Of a DNA stretch of 64,000 bases, positions 1 to 9,725 are shown piece after piece. Position 1 is the stretch's first letter. Each line of letters opens with the position of its first letter. The stretch is from NCBI GenBank assembly GCA_965226795.1, contig CBDDDZ010000003.1, forward strand, positions 512,001 through 576,000. The letters run 5' to 3'. Below the pieces are notes generated by a model. That model was given only the letters and a program-made list of their open reading frames with translations. It made no database searches and was not told the DNA's origin. The translations under genes were made by a program, and so were the position numbers. Origin of the DNA: Candidatus Latescibacterota bacterium. GTDB lineage: Bacteria; Latescibacterota; UBA2968; GCA-2709665.

Positions 1-878
1 GGGTGGCGGGCGGATACACGACGCTTGTCGCGTTGTTGTTGATCGTCGGCTTCAGTTCAGCGGCTTTTCACGCGGTTGGACCGGCGATGGCCGGAACGCA
101 CTCCGGACCGAATCTGGGTCGCGGAATGGGCATCTGGATGCTGTGCGGCGAACTCGGCCGCACCCTGGGTCCGATTCTGATCGTGAGCGTGATTGGGCTG
201 TGGGGGGGCGCAGGAACGGTCTATCTGATTCCCGCCGGCCTTGTGGCCTCACTCGTGTTATTGTTGCGGATGAGGCGCGTTACGGCTCGCGGTTTATCAT
301 TCTACAAGGCGCTGCCGTGGAGGGCCGCCCTGAAACGCATGGCGCCGGTTATGGTGCCGCTGTCCGGCATCGTGTTTGTTCGCGCGTTTACAATGGCCTC
401 CCTCACCGCATTCCTGCCCACGTTCCTGAGCGAAGAGGGCGTGAGCCTGTGGCTGGCTGGCGCGTCGCTTTCGGTGCTGGAAGGCGCGGGTATCGCGGGT
501 GCCCTCATCGGCGGATGGGCGAGCGACCGGTTGGGCCGCAAGCAGGTACTTGGCTTCTCCATGATTGCAACACCCATTCTGTTGTTTGTTTTTCTCGAGA
601 GCCAGGGCTGGGTCCTGTTTCCCGTCCTGGTAGTACTGGGCTTTGTTGCGCTCGCGACCGGCCCCGTGGTTATGGCGATGGTCCAGGAAAGCTGCCCCGA
701 AAACCGGGCATTCGCCAATGGGATCTATATGGGCGGGGGTTTCGCGCTTCGGGGAGTGGCGATGTTGCTGCTTGGCATGATGGGCGACGCGTATGGCCTA
801 AGGCGGGCATTCCAAATCAGCGCCGTTCTGATGTTGGTCGGGGTCGCGCTGGTATTGAAAATACCTGAAGAGCGGTGA
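1..878 (+). CDS. MFS transporter (Fsr-like), 5' end outside window
   Basis: Many TM helices; MFS loop motif GWASDRLGRK; AAFHAVG/G-GI...GELG pattern resembles Fsr-type MFS. Confidence 0.9.
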   Translation, partial: VAGGYTTLVALLLIVGFSSAAFHAVGPAMAGTHSGPNLGRGMGIWMLCGELGRTLGPILIVSVIGLWGGAGTVYLIPAGLVASLVLLLRMRRVTARGLSFYKALPWRAALKRMAPVMVPLSGIVFVRAFTMASLTAFLPTFLSEEGVSLWLAGASLSVLEGAGIAGALIGGWASDRLGRKQVLGFSMIATPILLFVFLESQGWVLFPVLVVLGFVALATGPVVMAMVQESCPENRAFANGIYMGGGFALRGVAMLLLGMMGDAYGLRRAFQISAVLMLVGVALVLKIPEER

Positions 879-930
879 GAAGTGAGACGTAAAAGGCGAG
901 ACGTGAGCAGCCAGAGGTGAGATGTAAGTA
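875..930. repeat. Degenerate heptamer tandem array (GTGAGAC-like, 8 units)
   Basis: gtgagaa gtgagac gtaaaag gcgagac gtgagca gccagag gtgagat gtaagta. Confidence 0.7.
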
Positions 931-1045
931 GAAGTGTGAAGTCGACACGACGGCCGCTCACGTTCTATTTCTAAGCCGCGAGGTCGCCAACCGCCCGCCT
1001 TGTGGCCCCTCAAGATCTATCTCTCGGCCACCCGGTGGTGGCGTT

Positions 1046-1220
1046 GGGGGTTTTTCCGCGTCATTCCATTCAGCAACGACGCATTTGATCGCCGACGGCC
1101 CTGGCAGGGCAACGACGCTTGTATTCTCGTGTGCGCCATTTCGCGGAAAAACCAGCCCTGCGGCGTCTGAGCAGCGCCGTTCTTTTTGGTCCTTTTTCTT
1201 AGGCGAATAAGAAAAAGGAC
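1046..1220 (+). repeat. Structured dispersed element, subtype A, copy A1 (no 33-bp insert)
   Basis: GGTTTTTCCGCG...81 nt...CGCGGAAAAACC stem, then CGCC-GTTCTTTTTG-GTCCTTTTTCTT-AGGCGAAT-AAGAAAAAGGAC pseudoknot. Confidence 0.9.
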
Positions 1221-1387
1221 GTAAGAAAGAATAGAATTAAGTGCAGCGATCAGCAAGAACAGCGAGTAGAAGTGAAAAGGATGAAACGGTGAGTAGGGAG
1301 AAGGGAGCAAAGGCGGAATACGAGCGGCTGAATCGTTATTCAAAACAGGCCAATCGACAATCCGCGGATAGCTGGATCTTTGATAGA

Positions 1388-1505
1388 GTGTTCATTTTCG
1401 CACATAGGCGTATCATTTTCGAACACTTGTCGGACGAGCCGAGACGCCGCTATTTGTTTCAAATTCCTGTTAATTAACAAATTGATTCATTGGCACGTTT
1501 ATCGC
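1388..1505 (+). promoter_or_regulatory. Putative sigma54 promoter with two tandem upstream activator sites
   Basis: TGGCAC-N5-TCGC at 1491-1505; imperfect palindromes GTGTTCATTTTCGCACAT (1388) and GCGTATCATTTTCGAACAC (1408); AT-rich spacer; same layout at 5886-6003. Confidence 0.75.
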
Positions 1506-1559
1506 AAGAAGAAGGATCAGTCCTATTCCGCGGCAGAAATTATGGGAGGTCAAGACGCT

Positions 1560-2276
1560 ATGAAACCGGTTTCCATCCTGATCGCGATGTTCAGCTTTTG
1601 CCTGGTGTCTGCTGGCTGTGACGCCGACGATTACGTGGAGGAGGAGGTCGTCGAGCGCTCGGTCGAATTTCAGTCGCGCGGACGGCTGGTGCTTGTCAAC
1701 GTGAACGGGAATGTATCGATCGATACCTGGGATCGACACGAGGTGAAGATGAAGGCGGAGAAGCGCGCGCGTGCCGAAAGCGAAGATGCGGCACGGTCGC
1801 TTCTTGAGAAGACCACGGTGCAGTTCGACCGTACCGAGAACCGGATTGACATCCGCACGGACGCGCCAAAAAAACCGGGAAGGAACCGGAACGTGAGCGT
1901 CACCTATACGGTGACGGTGCCCAAAGAGATCGAGCTGGAATTGAAATCGGTCAATGGAAGCGTACTGGCCAAAGATGTATCAGGCGCAGTCGATGCGAAA
2001 ACGACGAACGGAAAGATCAAGGTGACGGTTTCCGGGAGTGGCGACGAACCGCACGATATTCGCGCCGAAACGACAAACGGCGGCATTGAGGCCGGGTTGC
2101 CGAAACGGTTGAAAGCACACCTGAAGGCATCCACGGTTAGCGGGAAGATCGATACGGATTTTCCGGTTACCGTGAAGGGCCGCTTCAGCAAGTCGGTTGA
2201 TGGAGAGATTGACGGCGGCGGGAGACTGATCCATTTGAAGACGGTAAATGGCTCGATTCGATTGAAGCAGCTATAA
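1560..2276 (+). CDS. DUF4097 (adhesin-like beta-strand repeat) lipoprotein
   Basis: GGAGG RBS; lipobox-like LVSAGC; repeated T/S-x-NG-x-I motifs (NVNGNV, SVNGSV, TTNGKI, TTNGGI, TVSGKI, TVNGSI). Confidence 0.85.
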   Translation: MKPVSILIAMFSFCLVSAGCDADDYVEEEVVERSVEFQSRGRLVLVNVNGNVSIDTWDRHEVKMKAEKRARAESEDAARSLLEKTTVQFDRTENRIDIRTDAPKKPGRNRNVSVTYTVTVPKEIELELKSVNGSVLAKDVSGAVDAKTTNGKIKVTVSGSGDEPHDIRAETTNGGIEAGLPKRLKAHLKASTVSGKIDTDFPVTVKGRFSKSVDGEIDGGGRLIHLKTVNGSIRLKQL

Positions 2277-2372
2277 GCCGATGGCGGAACGCCACCGGCG
2301 GCGCGGCCTGCGCCGCCAAAACAGTTACTTCCTTGAGACACGTCTCCGGGAGAATTCGAAGGGAGATATATC

Positions 2373-3284
2373 ATGGACAGAATGGTCCTCGTTGTTGGAT
2401 TCTTTTCCTTCCTTGCCCTGGTTGCCTACGAATGCGAGACTCAAGCTGCCGTCCAGCCTTCGACCTTTATCGCATCGTTCTTCGCGGACGGAGCGCCGGA
2501 GGTCCCGCCGCTGAACCGACTCTCCTTGACCGATGTCATGCAGGCGCAGATGAGCTTGGAAGGAGCTACAAGATCAGTGGTTGTCCTCTGGGGGAAGAAT
2601 GGCAAGGGAGCGGATCGATTCTGGGTGGCGGGCTATGACGATGTAGGGAACGTCGAAATGTCGAATGGATCGATGAAGCGAGGCGAATCGGACGTCTACA
2701 AAGGTTCGGTTGACTTGAAGGCGCTTGGCGCTTCGCCACGATCTGTTGAAGTGGAGATCCGGGTCATACTTGCACAAAGACTGCTGTTATACAGGCAGGA
2801 AACCCAGGCATATTCCCTCTCAGCACGAGGAAGTGAATCAGGCGAGGAGCACGATAATCGGCTGAAGTGGCATGCACAGATACCCGATTTTCGGGTGCAG
2901 CTTCTCAATGGCGATTCTCTGGCAATCGCGGACCTGAGAGGCAGATTCGTGGTGATCAACTGGTGGGCGACCACCTGCTCGCCGTGTATTGCTGAGATGC
3001 CTGGGCTGAATGAGCTGGTGGATAAGTACAGCGGCAACGAGAGTATCTCGTTCCTAGCCATTGCAGCGGATACGAGGGAAGACCTTTCGCGATTCCTCGA
3101 GCGCCGCCGATTTGCATATATACAGGCGCTGTACAACGAGTCAGTGAAAGAGATATTCGGGAATGGGCTTCCCAGAAACGTCATCCTTGATCCGGATGGA
3201 GAGGTGGCATACGACCGTGTCGGTGGCAGCCCCACGACGCATAATATATTGGATGAAGCCATTGAGCGATTAATGTCTCGATAG
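2373..3284 (+). CDS. TlpA-family thiol-disulfide oxidoreductase with N-terminal extension
   Basis: RGRFVVINWWATTCSPCIAEMP CxxC motif; signal-like N-terminus. Confidence 0.85.
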   Translation: MDRMVLVVGFFSFLALVAYECETQAAVQPSTFIASFFADGAPEVPPLNRLSLTDVMQAQMSLEGATRSVVVLWGKNGKGADRFWVAGYDDVGNVEMSNGSMKRGESDVYKGSVDLKALGASPRSVEVEIRVILAQRLLLYRQETQAYSLSARGSESGEEHDNRLKWHAQIPDFRVQLLNGDSLAIADLRGRFVVINWWATTCSPCIAEMPGLNELVDKYSGNESISFLAIAADTREDLSRFLERRRFAYIQALYNESVKEIFGNGLPRNVILDPDGEVAYDRVGGSPTTHNILDEAIERLMSR

Positions 3285-3425
3285 ACGCAAATGGCACTGA
3301 ATAGCCACAGCTTCCAGGCTCGTCTTCCGGGCAAACTCGCCCATCCACCCCAGGCCAGGCACCTCGAAGGTCAATGATAAGAACGCTACTAAGGATTTTC
3401 GAATCACCCAGGAGGCACGGGATCC

Positions 3426-5777
3426 ATGCTCTGGAATTATCTGATCGTGGCGTACCGCAATCTCATGCGCCATAGGGTCTACTCCCTGATCAACGTGGCG
3501 GGGCTTTCGATCGGGATCGCGTTCTGCATTCTGACGTTCCTGTTCGTCCGGCGCGAGTGGACGTACGACGCGTTCCACGAGAACGCGAAACGGATCTACA
3601 GGGTCTATGTCGATTCCCGTTTCGGGCCGTCAGCCGAAACGCCGGACCCGCTGGGGCCGGCGCTGGTGGAGACGTTTTCGGACGTCCGGACCGTGAGGAT
3701 TGGCGGGGGCGCTTCCTTTGCGAAGTATCAGGAAAGGACCCTTCGCGGAAGTTTTCGCTTTGCCGATCCGGCGATTCTGGAGGTGTTCACGTTTCCACTG
3801 CTGCAAGGAGACCCCGCGACGGTTCTGGAGGATCCGTACTCTCTCGTCATCACAGAAGCGGCGGCGCGGAAATACTTCGGAGATGAAGACCCCCTCGGCA
3901 AAGTCCTTTCAGTGAAACTATGGGGGCCACCGGCGGTGGACCGGGATTTCGTCATAACCGGGGTTGCAAAGTCGGTGCCCAAGACCTCCAGCATCCGGTT
4001 CGATTTTCTGGCTCCGTTTTCGGCCAGAGGCGAACCCAGAGGTTGGAATATAAGAGCTATCCGGACGTTCGTATTACTTCCTCAACACGGACGTCCGTCG
4101 GAACTCAGCGCACGGTTTTCGAATTTGTTACCCAAATATCTGCCGGCATGGATGGGAGAACAGTCGGACACCTCTGTGGGCCTCCAGCCACTCCTGGAGA
4201 TGCATCTCGAACGGGGAATACCGGGACTCAGGGGAGCAGGCAATCCGGCATTTTCTTATATTCTTCTGGGAATTGCTCTGCTCGTTCTGGTGAATGCCTG
4301 CGTGAACTTCATAACCCTTGCCGTGGGCCGGTCATTCTCCCGCGACCGCGAAGTGGCGATGCGAAAGGCGGCCGGTGCGTCGCGGACACAGTTGATGGTA
4401 CAGTTCATGGGAGAGTCGATGCTCTTGAGCGTGGTAGCCATGGTGGCCGGGATCGGTTTGGCGGAACTCGTCCTGCCGGCCTTCAACAACCTGGTGGGCA
4501 AGGACCTCGCCCTGGGCGATCAGGCCGACGGTGCGGGTCTGGCGTTTCTGTTCGGACTGGTGGTGGCCGTCGGGATGGCCGCGGGCGGCTATCCGGCCTA
4601 CGTGCTGTCGGGGTTCCAGCCGGTTGCGGTGTGGAATCGACAGCGCAGGATGGGAGCCTCCAGTCTGTTTGGACGGGCGCTCGTGGTTTTCCAATTCGCC
4701 CTTTCCGTCTTCCTGGTTGTCAGTACGTTGCTGATGGTCCGGCAACTGGAGTACCTGAGGACGAAACCGCTCGGCTTCGAGAGTGATTACGTCCTGCGCA
4801 TCCGGGCGTGGGACCTGTTTGAGCGAGATTCAGACCTGCTTGGGGTGTATCGCAACGAGGTGATGCGACACCATTCTATCCTGGGGACCACGACGACCAG
4901 TCACGCGCTGAGCAACAGGACGAGGTACCTTACCGACATCGAGTACAAAGGCGAAGGAATAGACGTCGAGCAAGTCAATGTTGGCTACGACTTTCTGGCG
5001 ACGATGGGGGTCTATCTTCTGGAGGGGGCGGATTTCGATCCACAGAGTTCGGGTTCCCGGGCTTCAATTATCGTGAACGAGGCCCTTGTCCGGCATTTGG
5101 GATGGCAAAGTCCGGTCACGGGCAGGATGCTGCGCATGAATACACGGGATGTTACGGTGATTGGGGTGGCAAAGGATTTTCATTTTCGCTCCCTTCACCA
5201 TACGATCGGACCGGCGGTGTTGCGGTTCGACCCGAACGGATATGGCAACGTGCTTGTCAGGGTCCGTCCGGAGAATATCCCCGGCACGCTGGCCTTCCTC
5301 GAGGAGAAGTGGCTTGAAGTCGCTCCCGACATTCCGTTTCAGTTATCATTTCTTGACGACGAAGTGGATGGGCAATACAGGAAGGAGGAGCGCTGGAACC
5401 AAATTGTCATGTATTCTGCGTTGCTCGCGGTCTTCATCGCCTGTCTCGGGGCGTTCGGGCTAACCGCCCTTGCCGTCGCGCGCCGGACCAGGGAGATCGG
5501 CATCCGGAAGGTCCTGGGTGCCCGTGGATCCGGGATTGTCTCACTGCTATCCAGGGATTTTGTGATGCTCGCGGCAATTGCGAATCTGATCGCCTGGCCG
5601 GCGGCGTACTATGCGTCGGACCGATGGCTGCAGGATTTCGCGTATCGGATTGAACCGGGCATCGGCACGTTTGTATCGGGTGGGATATTGATGCTGGTGG
5701 TTGTGTTGTTGACCGTAGGTGTCCAGGCCATCCGGGCGGCGTGGGCGAACCCGGTGGACGCGTTGCGGACCGAGTGA
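3426..5777 (+). CDS. ABC transporter permease (MacB-PCD/FtsX, duplicated domains)
   Basis: NYLIVAYRNL...SLINVAGLSIG start; REVAMRKAAGA and REIGIRKVLGA; ANPVDALRTE end. Confidence 0.95.
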   Translation: MLWNYLIVAYRNLMRHRVYSLINVAGLSIGIAFCILTFLFVRREWTYDAFHENAKRIYRVYVDSRFGPSAETPDPLGPALVETFSDVRTVRIGGGASFAKYQERTLRGSFRFADPAILEVFTFPLLQGDPATVLEDPYSLVITEAAARKYFGDEDPLGKVLSVKLWGPPAVDRDFVITGVAKSVPKTSSIRFDFLAPFSARGEPRGWNIRAIRTFVLLPQHGRPSELSARFSNLLPKYLPAWMGEQSDTSVGLQPLLEMHLERGIPGLRGAGNPAFSYILLGIALLVLVNACVNFITLAVGRSFSRDREVAMRKAAGASRTQLMVQFMGESMLLSVVAMVAGIGLAELVLPAFNNLVGKDLALGDQADGAGLAFLFGLVVAVGMAAGGYPAYVLSGFQPVAVWNRQRRMGASSLFGRALVVFQFALSVFLVVSTLLMVRQLEYLRTKPLGFESDYVLRIRAWDLFERDSDLLGVYRNEVMRHHSILGTTTTSHALSNRTRYLTDIEYKGEGIDVEQVNVGYDFLATMGVYLLEGADFDPQSSGSRASIIVNEALVRHLGWQSPVTGRMLRMNTRDVTVIGVAKDFHFRSLHHTIGPAVLRFDPNGYGNVLVRVRPENIPGTLAFLEEKWLEVAPDIPFQLSFLDDEVDGQYRKEERWNQIVMYSALLAVFIACLGAFGLTALAVARRTREIGIRKVLGARGSGIVSLLSRDFVMLAAIANLIAWPAAYYASDRWLQDFAYRIEPGIGTFVSGGILMLVVVLLTVGVQAIRAAWANPVDALRTE

Positions 5778-5885
5778 AGAGACTTGGCGTGCCCATGTAT
5801 TGAGTCTGTCACCCTCTCCAGCCTGGTAATCGGGGTTATTCCGTGGGGCGCAGGCGGACCCTTGCTTCGTTACGGGCGCCGCCAA

Positions 5886-6003
5886 GTGTGCGTTTTCGGA
5901 CATATGTGTATCGAAATCGAACACTTTATTGTCGTTCGCTTGAAAGAGATTTCGTATAAGTCTTTAAAAAATAACAATAAATAATCATTGGCACGGTTGT
6001 CGC
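5886..6003 (+). promoter_or_regulatory. Putative sigma54 promoter with two tandem upstream activator sites
   Basis: TGGCAC-N5-TCGC at 5989-6003; sites GTGTGCGTTTTCGGACAT (5886) and GTGTATCGAAATCGAACAC (5906); spacing identical to 1388-1505. Confidence 0.75.
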
Positions 6004-6187
6004 GTCTTGCAATTATTGCCGGGAGCGGCAAATGGCCGAAATTTATCGCCCCTGCTACAGGAAAGTTGTGATGCAAACTACAAGGTGCGCCCCGCAAGAA
6101 GCACAAGGCCGAGGTCGGTAGGCGGTAAGACCGCGAGCCACGCGAGGGTCCGTGCCGGTCTGCCTCCCGCCCGACCTGTGGTGGCGT

Positions 6188-6393
6188 GGGGGGTTTTTCC
6201 GCGCGATTCCGTTCAGCACGGTTGCTTAGTGAATGCATCGAGGTGGTCAGGGCAGGGTTTCACGGTGCCTCCACAGAGGAAGTTCGCGGAAAAACCAGCC
6301 CTGCGGCGTCTGAGCAGCCTGCCTGCGCCGAGCCGTGCTCGGCAGGCAGGCGCCGTTCTTTTTGGCCCTTTTTCTTAGGCGAAGAAAAAGGGC
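6188..6393 (+). repeat. Structured dispersed element copy A2 (33-bp palindrome insert at 6318-6350)
   Basis: Same stem, 81-nt loop and pseudoknot as A1; insert CCTGCCTGCGCCGAGCCGTGCTCGGCAGGCAGG. Confidence 0.9.
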
Positions 6394-6533
6394 AGAGAAA
6401 AGGCAAAAAAAGGAAAACAGAATGACTATCAGGAGCGGTAAATAGAGGAAAGTGATGTAATCTATATTGTGTTCCCCGTAATAAGAAGTTTGCGATATCC
6501 TTACGTACGACACGAAACGGAGCGAGTCCGCTT

Positions 6534-7154
6534 GTGGCTGTAAAGAAAAGTGAATACAAGACGTTACAGTGCGCGCATGAGTCCGACGCTACGCTGATTG
6601 AACGGGCGCTTGCCGGCGATGAGTGGGCCTATACGTACCTTTACAGGGCGCATCGCGACCGCGTGCGGGCGCTCGTGCACCGAAGTGCAAGGAACGCAGA
6701 TGAGACCGGGGATCTGGTTCAGCTGGTCTTTATAAAGGCCTTTCAGGGACTGGCCGGGTTTCGGGGACAGGCCGCGTTCTCCACGTGGCTGACCCGCATT
6801 GCCATGAATGTGCGTACATCCTATTCTCGGTCCCTGAGAAAGCGGCAGAACTGGTTGAGTGAAGTGGCGGATGCGGCGCCCGCGCTCCACGCGAGGTGGA
6901 GACCGGTGCCACACGAAGATCCCGAAGCGGTGTTGGTGCGGAAGGAGCGCAGGGAGATTGTGATGCGGAGCGTCCAGGCGCTTCCGGGCCGGCAGCGCGA
7001 GGCGGTTTGGCTGCATTACGTAGGTGAACGGACCTATCGTGAGATCGTGGAGGAGCTACAGGTGCCGATCGGAACGTTGAAGGTCTGGCTATACCGCGGA
7101 CGGAATCGGTTGAGGGGAGAGGTCGAACGGTTGGGGATGACCGGGAGCTTGTAG
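6534..7154 (+). CDS. ECF RNA polymerase sigma factor
   Basis: Region 2 DLVQLVFIKAF...FRGQAAFSTWLTRIAMN; region 4 TYREIVEELQVPIGTLKVWLYRGR. Confidence 0.9.
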   Translation: MAVKKSEYKTLQCAHESDATLIERALAGDEWAYTYLYRAHRDRVRALVHRSARNADETGDLVQLVFIKAFQGLAGFRGQAAFSTWLTRIAMNVRTSYSRSLRKRQNWLSEVADAAPALHARWRPVPHEDPEAVLVRKERREIVMRSVQALPGRQREAVWLHYVGERTYREIVEELQVPIGTLKVWLYRGRNRLRGEVERLGMTGSL

Positions 7155-7219
7155 GGACAGGAAGGAATCGACTCAGGATGGTTGGATTTCAACGTCTCAA
7201 ACGATGTTAAGGTAAGACT

Positions 7220-8668
7220 ATGGAAGAGCGAAAACCACAAAAGGACAAGAGACGCCTGTTGAAGCTGAATCAGGCAGGCGCACCAGCTGATCACCAGACT
7301 TCGAGTCAGGAATCGTCTGAAGGAGCGTCCGATTCCGTTGGCAGGGAGAAACCGATGCCCGGTTTCGTGAATGCCGGTACGTCGGCGTCTGAACAGAAAG
7401 GTGAGACGACGATCCCTGGCACGGACCGCAAACTCGAAAGGAAATTCTGGACGCCGAAGCGAATCATGAGTGTTGGCGCAGTCGCGGGATTTGTGGGACT
7501 GGTGCTCTATATGGCCATTTTCGGCGACCACAGTGCCAGGCTCAACGTGCAGGTCGAGCGTATTACAATTTCCGAAGTCACCATCGGCCCCTTCCAGGAG
7601 TTCATCCCCCAACGCGGCACCGTGATGCCCATTCAGTCGCACTACCTGGATGCGCTGGAAGGCGGGCAGGTGGAGGAGATATTCCTTGAAGAAGGGGCAA
7701 TGGTTAAAAAAGGCACGCGGATCTTGCGCATGTCCAACCCATCCCTGGAACAGACCGTGTTGAGCCAGGAAGCGCAGTTGTTCGAGCAGATCAACAGAAT
7801 GGAGAACACACGGTTGAGCCAGGAGATTCAGGATATTCAGCGCAAGCGCGATTTGATGCTCATCGAACTGAACCTGCAGAAGTCCGAGCGCGAATTTCTG
7901 AGGCAGAAAGTGCTATTCGAACGAAATTTCACATCTCGAGAAAATTTCATGTCGGCAGAAGACAGTTACAATCATGCCCAAAAACTCAGGGTATTTATGC
8001 TGGAGACGGTCAGACGCGACTCACTGTATCGAATCAATGAACTGGCTGCCCTGCAGAAGCGCGCATGGAGCCTGCAGCGCCAATTGGATGACGTGCGTCG
8101 CCCTCTGAGGAATCTGATCGTACGCGCGCCGATCGACGGCCAATTGTCGCAACTCAACGCCGAGATCGGCAAGTTGATCGCGAAGGGGACCAGCATTGGC
8201 CAGATCGACGTTCTGTACGCTTACAAGATGCGGGCTGTCATCGACGAGTTTTACATTACCAGAATTACCCCCGGACTTAAGGGGACGATTGAAATTGACG
8301 ATGAGACGTATGAGTTGAAGATCCGTCGGGTTTTCCCCGAGGTGAAGGAGGGGCAGTTTAAGGTCGATATGGATTTCACAGGCGAGGCTCCTCAGGGCAT
8401 TCGCCGCGGCCAGACCGAGCAGATTCGGCTGGAATTGAACGCGCCCGAAGAAGCGTTGTTGCTGCCGCGGGGCGCCTTCTATCAGACCACGGGCGGCAAC
8501 TGGGTCTTTGTGGTGGAGGGCGACCTGGCCGTTCGGCGCCCGGTCCGAATCGGACGCCAGAATCCCGAGTATTTCGAGGTGCTTGAGGGCCTGTCACCTG
8601 GAGAACGCGTCGTGACCTCATCATACGAAAACTATGAGGAAATAGATAAATTGGTTCTGAAGCGGTAA
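7220..8668 (+). CDS. Efflux RND/HlyD-family periplasmic adaptor (start uncertain)
   Basis: TM segment, EGGQVEEIFLEEG lipoyl half, coiled coil, VRAPIDGQL, FEVLEGLSPGERVV. Confidence 0.9.
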   Translation: MEERKPQKDKRRLLKLNQAGAPADHQTSSQESSEGASDSVGREKPMPGFVNAGTSASEQKGETTIPGTDRKLERKFWTPKRIMSVGAVAGFVGLVLYMAIFGDHSARLNVQVERITISEVTIGPFQEFIPQRGTVMPIQSHYLDALEGGQVEEIFLEEGAMVKKGTRILRMSNPSLEQTVLSQEAQLFEQINRMENTRLSQEIQDIQRKRDLMLIELNLQKSEREFLRQKVLFERNFTSRENFMSAEDSYNHAQKLRVFMLETVRRDSLYRINELAALQKRAWSLQRQLDDVRRPLRNLIVRAPIDGQLSQLNAEIGKLIAKGTSIGQIDVLYAYKMRAVIDEFYITRITPGLKGTIEIDDETYELKIRRVFPEVKEGQFKVDMDFTGEAPQGIRRGQTEQIRLELNAPEEALLLPRGAFYQTTGGNWVFVVEGDLAVRRPVRIGRQNPEYFEVLEGLSPGERVVTSSYENYEEIDKLVLKR

Positions 8669-8699
8669 GAGGCAAGACGCAAGACGCAAGACGTAAGAG
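8665..8699. repeat. Heptamer tandem array (GCAAGAC x3 plus two variants)
   Basis: gtaagag gcaagac gcaagac gcaagac gtaagag; inverted units near 8870-8890. Confidence 0.7.
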
Positions 8700-8914
8700 G
8701 ATGGAAGTCTCGCTACTCAGTTTGGACCTAAACCAAGTGGGAAAGCCCAGAATGCCATGTTGAATCTCACCCACAAAAAGCTTGAGATTAATAAAGAGCG
8801 TTTCCTCGTAACCGGTGCCGATATCTTAGCCATTATCGTTGTGACCTGTAAAACGATCAGGCACTCATATCCTCTCCCGTCTTACGTCTACCTTTTTTTA
8901 AAAGGAGCGTCAAA

Positions 8915-9604
8915 ATGATCAAGACCGTAAATCTCCAAAAGGTATACAGGACCGAGGAAGTCGAAACAACCGCGCTTCGGAATGTCAATCTGGAGATCAG
9001 CGAAGGCGAGTTCGTGGCGGTGATGGGGCCATCGGGTTGCGGCAAGTCCACGCTGCTGAACGTGCTGGGGCTGTTGGATAACCCGACGGATGGGGAATAC
9101 TATCTGAACGACGTGGAGGTGTCGAAACACACGGAGCGGCAGAGAGCGGACACCCGGAAAGAGAATATCGGATTCGTGTTCCAGAGTTTCAATCTGATCG
9201 ACGAACTCACCGTGGCCGAAAACATCGAACTGCCGCTTCTGTATCTGAAGATGCCGTCCAAAGAACGCAGGAAACGCGTGGATGAGTCCATGGAGTACAT
9301 GGGCATCAAGCATCGGGAGAAGCACTTCCCGCAGCAGTTGTCGGGCGGCCAACAGCAGCGCGTGGCCGTGGCGCGGGCCGTCATTTCAAGTCCGAAAATG
9401 ATCCTTGCGGATGAGCCCACCGGGAATCTGGACTCCGCCAACGGCAACGAGGTGATGGGATTGCTGACGGAATTGAACAAGAACGGGACGACCATTGTGA
9501 TGGTGACGCACAAAGAGCACGACGCGGGATATGCCCACCGCGTCGTGCACCTGTTCGACGGCCACGTCGTGACGGAGAATATCAGGGAGCAAGCCCCGAA
9601 TTAG
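8915..9604 (+). CDS. ABC transporter ATP-binding protein (LolD/MacB-like)
   Basis: Walker A GPSGCGKST, LSGGQQQRV, ILADEPTGNLD. Confidence 0.97.
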   Translation: MIKTVNLQKVYRTEEVETTALRNVNLEISEGEFVAVMGPSGCGKSTLLNVLGLLDNPTDGEYYLNDVEVSKHTERQRADTRKENIGFVFQSFNLIDELTVAENIELPLLYLKMPSKERRKRVDESMEYMGIKHREKHFPQQLSGGQQQRVAVARAVISSPKMILADEPTGNLDSANGNEVMGLLTELNKNGTTIVMVTHKEHDAGYAHRVVHLFDGHVVTENIREQAPN

Positions 9605-9725
9605 AGATTATATATCGAGCCCGTCCGAGAACGACCAATCAGATCCGCTCCAGGTCTGCAGAGAGATGCTGACGTCGTCATCGCGATGTCGCAAATCCCC
9701 CGATCTGTTTCCTCGCGGCCCGTCC

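Noticed and set aside
1190..1220. Element 3' hairpin as a simple intrinsic terminator
   Set aside because: The stem is A/T-rich with no following U tract, the T tract precedes it, and placement is unrelated to gene ends.
6007..6559. Short ORFs with recurring peptides (LPAPSRARQAG, RKRAKKKGACLPSTARRRQA), also at 10318, 13380, 21850, 42587 and 55045
   Set aside because: They are translations of the repeated non-coding element in varying frames, with no consistent start, RBS or frame conservation.
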